Below are positions 9,501 to 15,896 of a DNA stretch of 32,000 bases, piece after piece. Made by a program: the position numbers and the translations under genes. Positions within the stretch are counted from its first letter, which is position 1. Each line of letters begins with the position of its first letter. The notes under the pieces were generated by a model. That model searched no databases. It saw nothing but the letters and a program-made list of their open reading frames with translations, and was not told where the DNA came from. The DNA comes from Nostoc sp. PCC 7120 = FACHB-418 (GTDB lineage Bacteria > Cyanobacteriota > Cyanobacteriia > Cyanobacteriales > Nostocaceae), in NCBI RefSeq assembly GCF_000009705.1, contig NC_003272.1, positions 3,960,001-3,992,000 of the forward strand, in the 5' to 3' direction.

Positions 9501-10399
9501 CCCCTCACCACTACCCGCAGGGTTACAGGTGCTTCTGTTCCTCCTACTATTTGTGCAGCTAGAGTATTTTCCCCTTCTTTGAGACCAACTCCATACCATG
9601 TCTGCGTTACTAAGTTAGTATCAGCATCAGTTTCGGTACGTCCCAACAAAGAAGAGTCTACCAATACCCCATTTACCCGCAACTCTACTTGACTACCAGA
9701 TGGGAATTGCACTGCTACGGTAGTTGCCGACACATCAATCACACCATCAGGCGTGGGAGTCAAGATTTTCAGTACTGTTGTAGTTGTTGGAGTATTTTCC
9801 CTCCGTCCATTACCCTCATCTGTTTCTGCAACTAATTTGCGTAAACTTCTAGGTATGGGTGTATCTGTTGCTGGTTGAAAAGTGGGAATTTCCTTTGGAG
9901 TGGTTGGCGCGGGTTCTGCAAGCCTACTTAGACCTTTGGGTAATGGGATATCATCTGCTGGTTGGAATGGTGAGATAGCATTTGCAGAAGGTTGTAAATC
10001 TGTTGGTGCGTTCGATGTAGGTGTTTCCTCTTGTACTTCGTTGGTTTGAGTTGTTTGATCTAATCCTCTAACCTCCTTCTTTAGTAGGGCAGGGGAAATA
10101 TTCCAAGCCTCTCTCCTTGTAGGGAAGAGGTCGGGAGAGGGGTTTTCTATTTCATCTTGGGTTAGCTGAGTGGTTAGTTCAGTTGTGCGACCTAATCCCC
10201 TCATACCTGCCAGAGAAGGGGGAATATTCAAAGCCTCTCTCCTCATAGGGGAGATGTCGGGAGAGGGGTTTTCTAAATCAGGGGAAAATCCAGGATTTTC
10301 CTGAGCTTCAGCGTGAACTATTGCTGGATACAAGACAAAGCTTAAAGCCCCAGCCATTGCTCCCATCAACCGCAAATTGAGAATACTTACAGGTTTCAT
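6530..10399 (-). CDS. 1289-aa outer-membrane protein: signal peptide, Pro-rich repeat linker, Ig-like (Big_1/invasin-type) domains and a very large C-terminal beta-barrel
   Basis: ATG start. The signal peptide is ...GALSFVLYPAIVHA/EA. Big_1-like segments include VELRVNGVLVD...GENTLAAQIVGG and VESRVPADGRSTATIRGQLLDENGNRSNQDAVITL...TARIRAV. The following ~850 aa show alternating hydrophobic/polar strands rich in Y, G, N, S and R, and end in GGLYLGLTLKLNELF close to the C-terminus. The start overlaps the stop of the upstream gene (ATGA). Confidence 0.85.
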   Translation of the reverse strand: MKPVSILNLRLMGAMAGALSFVLYPAIVHAEAQENPGFSPDLENPSPDISPMRREALNIPPSLAGMRGLGRTTELTTQLTQDEIENPSPDLFPTRREAWNISPALLKKEVRGLDQTTQTNEVQEETPTSNAPTDLQPSANAISPFQPADDIPLPKGLSRLAEPAPTTPKEIPTFQPATDTPIPRSLRKLVAETDEGNGRRENTPTTTTVLKILTPTPDGVIDVSATTVAVQFPSGSQVELRVNGVLVDSSLLGRTETDADTNLVTQTWYGVGLKEGENTLAAQIVGGTEAPVTLRVVVRGTAKKLTVETVESRVPADGRSTATIRGQLLDENGNRSNQDAVITLIPTVGELVGTDLKPEQPGFQIEAKKGEFTAVWRSPLQAQTARIRAVANDLEAFTQIEFATALRPSLVTGVIDVRLGARGTNYYSSFRDFLPPNRDNGTQLEFNSAIFATGAIGEWLFTGAYNSSRSLNEDCNCDNRLFRSYQSSEQNYPVYGDSSKVDVVTPSIDSVYLRFERSTGIPGTAPDYAMWGDYNTEEFARSSQQFTAVTRQLHGFKANYNFGNLQITGFYGNNLEAFQRDTVAPDGTSGYYFLSRRLVIPGSENVFIELEELNRPGTVLERKQLSRGPDYEIDYDRGTVIFREPVLRTDIDATGQVLVRRIVVSYQYDSNNSDSNIYAGRLQYNFSRTLNQESWIAATYVRENQGLRGFELYGADAKISLGSQSQLIAEYAHSRNDSDILGRVRGEAYRLEAQGEIFRGLQGRAYYRYADTGFANNATISFVPGQTRYGGQLTGQLSQTTNIRVQYDHEDNFGIAPQPLDTFEELFSPRSQAIPGSQVDNSLTTISAGIQQRFGKATVDVDWIHRNREDRIATNGLESTSDQLRSRLTYPLTNNLTFQAQNELTLSSQKDTVYPDRTIFGLNWAVVPGVNISLAQQFYSSGQSSSNSITSLSVNGEHKLGSDTTLSGRYSIIGGANELTTQGAIGLNNRWMIAPGLRLNLAYEHVFGSFFNRTAAGQQFAQPFAVGQSASSIGFNGGDSYSIGLEYSDNPQFQASARYEHRTSSGGSNTVITAAALGKISPALTALVRYQQANSSNQKLSGLGDTANLKLGLAYRDPNNDKFNALLRYEYRQNPATIPDTILLGSGTGSQDHTFAMEAIYAPNWQWEFYGKYALRNSTSYLANDLVGTSTVNLGQLRATYRLGYSWDLVGEARVIGQANYTETGFVVEAGYYLSPNLRLSAGYAFGKIDDQDFSGTRSAGGLYLGLTLKLNELFDGFGLQKPVTAAKK
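10022..10273 (-). repeat. In-frame tandem 126-nt (42-aa) repeat with a GC-rich hairpin-capable core
   Basis: Unit 1 is ENPSPDISPMRREALNIPPSLAGMRGLGRTTELTTQLTQDEI. Unit 2 is ENPSPDLFPTRREAWNISPALLKKEVRGLDQTTQTNEVQEET. The plus-strand cores at 10092-10148 and 10218-10274 are nearly identical (gcctctctcc..gg.ag..gtcgggagaggggttttct) and contain CCTCTC/GAGAGG inverted repeats. Confidence 0.85.
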
Positions 10400-11925
10400 G
10401 GCTTGACTACCTCCTCTGGGGTGGGAGTAACCGCAAAGTTCATCCTTACCAAACCACCAGGTTCGAGGCGTACTAGACGGGATTGGCTATTGCGTTCGCG
10501 GAATTTCTCGTTGGGAGCTAGTTTGTAACCAGGGACACTACTTAGGTCTAATACTCCCGTGTGACTTCCGGGTAAAACGTTGGCGAGGGAGAATAAACCG
10601 TTGGGATCTGTGGTGATGCGGTTACCGTCTTGGAGGAAAATTACAGCATTGGCAATTCCCGCTTCTCCCGGTTGTTGTTCACCGTCAAAGTTTTTGTCAT
10701 CAAAGACCCGACCAATAATAGTGCCGCAATCAGAAACTATACCTGGACGAATCTTCAGCTGGTGCGTTGCTGGGCCATCCTTAATCCTAAATCTGTTATC
10801 AGCCCGTTCAGCATTCACGATCGCACTATTACGACCACTACCACGCAAGGAATCAGTCGTGAGTTGAGCCGCATAAGCAATGTTAATGACTTTACCAACA
10901 GGAACATTGGCGTTAGGGCGAAATGTAATAGTATTACCATTACTAACGGGAGTGACAGTTACCGACTCCCCATCAATTTCACCCCGCACAGACTTAGGAA
11001 TAAAGTTAAAACCTAAAGGTAAAGTATCCGTAATTTCCACATTGCTTAAAGCCGCATCAGATAAATTTCGTACCGACAAACGATAGATCACAGTATCTCC
11101 AGGTTCAGCCGCAGCGCGATCGCCTGTTTTAATCAGCTGTGCTTGAGTTGCCTGACACATATTTGTGGTGAACTCAAAAGCCAATAAATCTAGTCCCACA
11201 ACTTCGGCATTAGGAACTAAAACTACGGTGCTTTCTACCCTAGATTCACCACTCAAACCGATTGGTTGACCATCTAAAGAAGTCGCAATATAGCGGACAA
11301 CACTGTTATTAATTGCGCCTGTACTATTGAGAATTTCAATTTTAATCCGCCGTTGCCGATAAACAGAATTAGCTGGAGGATTAACTACAAAAATATAGGT
11401 TCTACCCGGTTCGATTTGACCACGATTAGGGTCGAGAAGAAAATTATAGACACCAGCCGGATTATTAGTAATGAAATAAGGATTACTGTTCTCAGAATTT
11501 GGTCTTAACCCACCAGGAACATTGTTATTAGGAATATCAGGAACTTCTGTAGGGGTGAGAGAAACTAACTGCCCTAATTCTGTGCCAGTGGGGTCACTGG
11601 GATTAGGTTCATATACGCTAACAGAAAAACCAGTATAGTCTGGTAAGAGCGTTCCAGCACAACCTAAAATCCTGCCTAATGGATCAACCAAAGGACTAGG
11701 ATTGACATTAGTTTTAATAGTTAATCCTTGATATCGATTATTACTAGCTCTATCTTGATAAGTATATGTAGCTTGGTTTGTGATATTGACGACGGGAGTA
11801 TTTTGCGCGTTCACTGGTGTTGGTATGGTAGTATGCAATAAGCTGCCGAAAAGAAGAGTGGCAGTTAACCTTTGATGCCAGTTACTGCGGAAGTAAATCG
11901 ATGTTGGTTTACAAGGACGAATCAC
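10396..11925 (-). CDS. Secreted 509-aa protein with a DUF11 domain and an SdrD-B/Cna-B-like domain
   Basis: There is no in-frame ATG near the N-terminus. The GTG at 11925 is preceded by GAGAGG 9 nt upstream. Signal-like N-terminus ...TIPTPVNA/QN. The DUF11 motif is PGDTVIYRLSVRNLSDAALSNVEITDTLPLGFNFIP. The Cna-B/SdrD-like motif is GTIIGRVFDDKNFDGEQQPGEAGIANAVIFLQDGNRITTDPNGLFSL. Confidence 0.8.
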   Translation of the reverse strand: MIRPCKPTSIYFRSNWHQRLTATLLFGSLLHTTIPTPVNAQNTPVVNITNQATYTYQDRASNNRYQGLTIKTNVNPSPLVDPLGRILGCAGTLLPDYTGFSVSVYEPNPSDPTGTELGQLVSLTPTEVPDIPNNNVPGGLRPNSENSNPYFITNNPAGVYNFLLDPNRGQIEPGRTYIFVVNPPANSVYRQRRIKIEILNSTGAINNSVVRYIATSLDGQPIGLSGESRVESTVVLVPNAEVVGLDLLAFEFTTNMCQATQAQLIKTGDRAAAEPGDTVIYRLSVRNLSDAALSNVEITDTLPLGFNFIPKSVRGEIDGESVTVTPVSNGNTITFRPNANVPVGKVINIAYAAQLTTDSLRGSGRNSAIVNAERADNRFRIKDGPATHQLKIRPGIVSDCGTIIGRVFDDKNFDGEQQPGEAGIANAVIFLQDGNRITTDPNGLFSLANVLPGSHTGVLDLSSVPGYKLAPNEKFRERNSQSRLVRLEPGGLVRMNFAVTPTPEEVVKP

Positions 11926-12086
11926 TGAATTTTTCCTCTCAGAAGCGCCCTGTTATTTATGAATAAAGGCATTTGATTGATACAAATATGAGCCGTCGTT
12001 ATCGAAACTTGGAACAACGGCTAACTATTGATTAGATGTTTTCTAGTAGTGCTAATTCGTAATTCGCAGTTAAGAATTAGTATTAA

Positions 12087-12629
12087 TTAACGCACCTGGG
12101 TTAAATAGGTCGCTTTGACTGTAGTTTTAGCTGCTACTAATGGCAGTTGCAAACGAATATTGGTATAAGCTGTAGCTGGTGCTGGTTTAATTTCGACCTT
12201 ACCCCCAGGGAGGGTAACTTTAACTGTGGGATTCTCAACAAAACTGCGCCCGCCGTCAATGCTGTAAGTAATTTTGGCTGCTTTATTGGCAATATCAACT
12301 GATTTCAGCACATATACCATGCCTTTAGGGATTGGTTGATTGAGAGTCAAATTTTTGATTGAGCGATCGCTTTTATTTTCGCCATTTAAGGTATAACGCA
12401 ACACATCCCCAGGCTTGACCACAGCTTGACCTTGTAATGCTTGCCAAGCAACCTTCTGTTTCCCCTGCTGATCCTTGCTAATAACCTGTTTTTCCGCCCC
12501 TAAGCGCAATTGCAATTGTGGTTGATTTTGAATGCTTTGAGCAACTACACTTCCTGGGATGTGATTGATAAATGGTGCGGTAGCAATCAGCGCAAATGCA
12601 CCCACACCAGCGATAAGAACACCCTTCAT
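12087..12629 (-). CDS. Small secreted single-domain DUF11-like protein (180 aa from ATG 12629)
   Basis: The ORF track opens at TTG 12644, but I prefer ATG 12629 (MKGVLIAGVGAFALIATAPF...VVAQ/S signal peptide). The DUF11-like core is PGDVLRYTLNGENKSDRSIKNLTLNQPIPKGMVYV. Confidence 0.75.
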   Translation of the reverse strand: MKGVLIAGVGAFALIATAPFINHIPGSVVAQSIQNQPQLQLRLGAEKQVISKDQQGKQKVAWQALQGQAVVKPGDVLRYTLNGENKSDRSIKNLTLNQPIPKGMVYVLKSVDIANKAAKITYSIDGGRSFVENPTVKVTLPGGKVEIKPAPATAYTNIRLQLPLVAAKTTVKATYLTQVR

Positions 12630-12671
12630 GACAAATAACCCCAAAAAACTATTAGATATATGATTCCCATG

Positions 12672-12703
12672 TTTGCAGTCAGGACTTAAGTCCTGACTGC
12701 AAA
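12672..12703 (-). promoter_or_regulatory. Perfect 32-nt palindrome (14-16 bp stem-loop) between the 859-aa and 180-aa genes
   Basis: The sequence tttgcagtcaggactt|aagtcctgactgcaaa is its own reverse complement. It lies 13 nt after the stop of the 859-aa gene and ~43 nt before ATG 12629. No U-tract follows it immediately on the transcribed strand. Confidence 0.7.
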
Positions 12704-12715
12704 CTGTGCAGAACT

Positions 12716-15295
12716 TTAGTTAACCTTGCGTCGGAAAGTAAACGTTCTTTGTTGACCTGGTGCTACTTGACCAGTCACACTGTTGACATACCGAGTCACA
12801 TCAGTGTTGACGGTAGTTCCAGTCTGATCACTACCTGAGGTAGTAGCAGGATTACCATTGAAGAATTGGATAGTACCATTGGGGTCAGTAGCTGAACCAA
12901 TAATGTTGCTGGTATCAATCTGACCATTACTATCATTGTCTAACGCCCAGTTATTAGGCGCAGTTACCCCATTTTCATTGATGACAACATTGCTGGCGTT
13001 CAGGATGATGTTACCGTTACCAGATTGTGGCTCAGAGATGTTGCTGTATTGAATCTGGTACTCAATAATGTTACCAGGTACAGGACTCTTGTCAGTATCG
13101 CTAAGTATGCCATCAGCCCCGGCTACAGGTTGCCCATTTTGATCTAAGATTCTGGAAAGTTTCCGCAGTTTCAGGAAGCCAGTATATACACGGTTAATTG
13201 TAGTATTTTGTACAGCTTCTCCATTTAAGCCAGCAGTCCCATCATCCACAAAGGCTGTCACAGGAACGGGGAAACCTTTATCAATATCTGTAGATAATTG
13301 AGTACCATCAGGTAAGTCAATTTCCACACCGTAGTTGATGTTTGTACCTGGTGCTACACTAGGAATAGTGATGTATTCACTTGTGAGATTAATGGTGGAT
13401 TGATCACCTGTTGTAGCCGGATTGCGATCTAGATCAAAAAGGAACTCAGATCCAGTCCAGACATAGGATCTAGATTCAGAAGCATAAGTAATCGTTACTA
13501 AAGTACCTACAGGTAAATCAGCATTGTTTCCAGCAGGTGTATTACTTGCTGGTGGGATGGGTACTAAAGAGTAGTCACTAGCAGCGCTACCGCTATTTCT
13601 GATAGTGTTGGTAAAGGCTACTGGTTGTGGATTTAGTGTAGAGTTTGGTTGTGTGCCGAAAGGTACTAAAGAAGATTTGTTAGTGAAGTCATCGTTTGTA
13701 CCACCAGATGGGCCAATGGCATTAGGAGCATTGACTGGGCCATTGAGAATGGCTGAAGCTACAGGAACTTCTAGCGTGAAGATGTTGGCTTCACCACCGT
13801 CGCCTACACCAGTATTATCATTATTGCCGTCAACTCCTGTTTCTGGGGCAGCTGGATTATCAACGAAACCATCATCAACACTGGTATCAGGTAAACTATC
13901 AGGCACACCATCATTATTGAGATCTGTAAGAGCAGGTAGATTTGGTGTCATATTCCCAAATTGACCATTGAAGTTACTGGGGTTTTGGTCTCCAGACTCA
14001 TCATAGACAGGGAAGTTATTACCAGGGGTTTGACCAAACAACTGAGCAATGTTGGCAACATTTAAAGATGTGCCGGCAAAGCTGGATTCGACTCTTAAGT
14101 TAATAGTAAAACCATTAACTGTTTGGTTGGGTGCAACAGATGTAACTATAGCTGTGTTGTTGATAAAACCAACACGGGTGACTGTACTCAAGTCACCTGG
14201 TGGTGTTGTTGTCCACGCCGCAGCATTAGCATCTGTCCCAATTGGTGATATCGTATATACTGCTGTCCATCCGTTGGGAGCTGTTACTGATACTAAATCT
14301 GTGCCAGTGGGAATGGCATCGGAAACTAAGATGTGCGGGACATTAGATGTTCCATTAAGATTGATACCCCTACCTTCCAAGGCTGCTGGAGTGATACCCT
14401 GTCCTGTGGGGTCATTACCTTCAACTCGCAAACTCAGACCATAACTAAGTGTGTCATCTGTAATGGAATTAGTTGTTCCCGCATTGCTGTAAGCAGTACG
14501 TGTCTTGAGAACTGTGGCTAAAGAGTAGGTTTTAACGCCTCCACCTACTTGAACATCAATAGATGTATCACTAGCTTCTCTAGTGCCGTTAACAGGAGCG
14601 CCATCAACTTCATCCGTCACACTACCATTGAGGTTATCTACAGTATAAACGTCACCACCATCAGGACTACGCAAGACGTTTTGAGCATTGGCTGGGGTAT
14701 TACCTAACCTAACCGTAATGATGTCACCGCTTTGAGCGCCTGGCTGTACAGTAACAGGGACTCTAACTAATACCTGACCGCCGACAGCAATGTTGGGAAC
14801 AATGGCCTCAGAACCAGTGATGTTAACCCAAGTTACGCCGTTGTCAGTACTATATTGCAGATTATTGAGTGTACCGTTGTTTGGTAATGTCCCAGAAACT
14901 GTTGCAGGCCCTGTTGTTGTTGCCAAATTAGGTATACGGAACTGGGTGGGGTCGTTACCGACGTTGGTGATGGTGTAATTGAAGATTAAGAGATCATTTA
15001 TTTCAATCGTACCGCCGTCATCGTCCACTAAACCTGTGTAGTCTACTGTAATACCTGCAACTTCTGCCACTGTTACTGTGACAGTGTTGGAAGTTGTATT
15101 CAGGGGTACGTTGGGATTGTTGGGGTCTTCGTAAGTAGCAGTTGCTTCGTTGGTGATAGATTGACCCGCTTTAGTTCCTTCTGCTAGTGCAGGCGTAGTA
15201 AATGGGAAAATGCCGCTTGCTAAAAATGCTGTGGCGACTAAAGCACGGTAAATTCGAGACTTCCCAGTCTTGTGAGCTTTTTGGTGGAAATTCAT
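12716..15295 (-). CDS. Secreted 859-aa Thr/Asn/Gly-rich beta-rich surface protein with DUF11-like modules; first gene of the cluster
   Basis: ATG start. Signal peptide ...ASGIFPFTTPALA/EG. DUF11-like segments include LLIFNYTITNVGNDPTQFRIPNL and PGNIIEYQIQYSNISE...RTFTFRRKVN. The composition is low in Cys and charged residues and rich in T, N, G, S and V, as is typical for surface fibres or adhesins. Confidence 0.85.
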   Translation of the reverse strand: MNFHQKAHKTGKSRIYRALVATAFLASGIFPFTTPALAEGTKAGQSITNEATATYEDPNNPNVPLNTTSNTVTVTVAEVAGITVDYTGLVDDDGGTIEINDLLIFNYTITNVGNDPTQFRIPNLATTTGPATVSGTLPNNGTLNNLQYSTDNGVTWVNITGSEAIVPNIAVGGQVLVRVPVTVQPGAQSGDIITVRLGNTPANAQNVLRSPDGGDVYTVDNLNGSVTDEVDGAPVNGTREASDTSIDVQVGGGVKTYSLATVLKTRTAYSNAGTTNSITDDTLSYGLSLRVEGNDPTGQGITPAALEGRGINLNGTSNVPHILVSDAIPTGTDLVSVTAPNGWTAVYTISPIGTDANAAAWTTTPPGDLSTVTRVGFINNTAIVTSVAPNQTVNGFTINLRVESSFAGTSLNVANIAQLFGQTPGNNFPVYDESGDQNPSNFNGQFGNMTPNLPALTDLNNDGVPDSLPDTSVDDGFVDNPAAPETGVDGNNDNTGVGDGGEANIFTLEVPVASAILNGPVNAPNAIGPSGGTNDDFTNKSSLVPFGTQPNSTLNPQPVAFTNTIRNSGSAASDYSLVPIPPASNTPAGNNADLPVGTLVTITYASESRSYVWTGSEFLFDLDRNPATTGDQSTINLTSEYITIPSVAPGTNINYGVEIDLPDGTQLSTDIDKGFPVPVTAFVDDGTAGLNGEAVQNTTINRVYTGFLKLRKLSRILDQNGQPVAGADGILSDTDKSPVPGNIIEYQIQYSNISEPQSGNGNIILNASNVVINENGVTAPNNWALDNDSNGQIDTSNIIGSATDPNGTIQFFNGNPATTSGSDQTGTTVNTDVTRYVNSVTGQVAPGQQRTFTFRRKVN

Positions 15296-15828
15296 TTGGT
15301 GTAGTTACTTGGTTAGAGTGCTGCCTGGTAGATTTCGAGAAAAAGTGGTGTAAAGTATGCCTGAGATAGAGAACCTATTGGTGTAATTTGTGTCGCACGT
15401 TTCCCTGAAACATCGAACTAATCTCAAAGTAATAAAGATTACTAAAATCCTTCTAGTCTAGTTCCTATAAGAAAGTGTGTTTACAGATGTAAACGGAAGT
15501 CTTCTGTAGGGAGTTAACTGTAACTAGTTCTACTTAAATTTAGTTCTATTGACTGAATGAGAGTTGACTGAAAGGCACAGAGCGATCGCTCAATAGTAAA
15601 AACTTAAGACAATCACCTCAGGTTTTAAAACAGTTAAACTACTGGTATTAAATAATATAAATTTCTAAAAGCCAGTTTTTTTACTTAAGTAATTACGTAA
15701 GGATATTCGTGTATTTATAACCAATAAAGTGGTCTTATTTAGTAGCATTTTTGACTCAAAAAATATAGTAGCGGCTTTTTTGGGAACATAAGTCCAAGGA
15801 AATACCCGACAAAAATTATCGGGTATGT

Positions 15829-15857
15829 TTGACTAGTGTTTTTACCCGTGTTACTAT
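15829..15857 (+). promoter_or_regulatory. Sigma70-type promoter candidate for the thrC-like gene
   Basis: TTGACT (15829-15834), an exact 17-nt spacer, then TACTAT (15852-15857). The predicted start near 15864-15866 gives a ~30-nt leader to ATG 15897 and argues against the TTG 15867 start. Confidence 0.45.
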
Positions 15858-15896
15858 CAACGACAGTTGACGGACAAACAGGGAAAGCTAGTTATT

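Noticed and set aside
7217-9692. Seven short ORFs on both strands inside the 1289-aa gene: six plus-strand (7217-7441, 7708-8061, 8285-8527, 8738-8950, 9391-9582, 9492-9692) and one minus-strand in another frame (8674-8877)
   Set aside because: All are nested in a long, uninterrupted ORF with coherent domain architecture. They are antisense or alternative-frame artefacts.
10022-10273. Possibility that the tandem repeats here, or the heptamer arrays elsewhere, are a CRISPR array
   Set aside because: There are only two units, they are directly adjacent with no unique spacers, and they sit in-frame inside a gene. The heptamer tracts are far too short. No cas genes are present in the window.
10580-11086. 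Three plus-strand ORFs inside the 509-aa gene
   Set aside because: These are antisense artefacts within a gene that has clear DUF11 and Cna-B motifs.
13605-14978. Four plus-strand ORFs inside the 859-aa gene
   Set aside because: These are antisense frames of a T/N/G/V-rich gene. Their Pro/Leu/Ser-rich low-complexity products are typical of mirror frames.
15429-15442. GTAATAAAGATTAC, an exact match to the NtcA consensus GTA-N8-TAC in the divergent region between the DUF11 cluster and thrC
   Set aside because: Several such matches are expected by chance in 32 kb of AT-rich DNA. On the minus strand no TAN3T box sits at the right distance. On the plus strand only TATAAG occurs 23 nt downstream, which would imply a 420-nt leader. 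I kept it as a note only.
15867-15896. TTG 15867 start of the thrC-like ORF (MTDKQGKLVI extension)
   Set aside because: It is a non-ATG codon lying essentially at the predicted transcription start of the TTGACT-17-TACTAT promoter. ATG 15897 follows directly.
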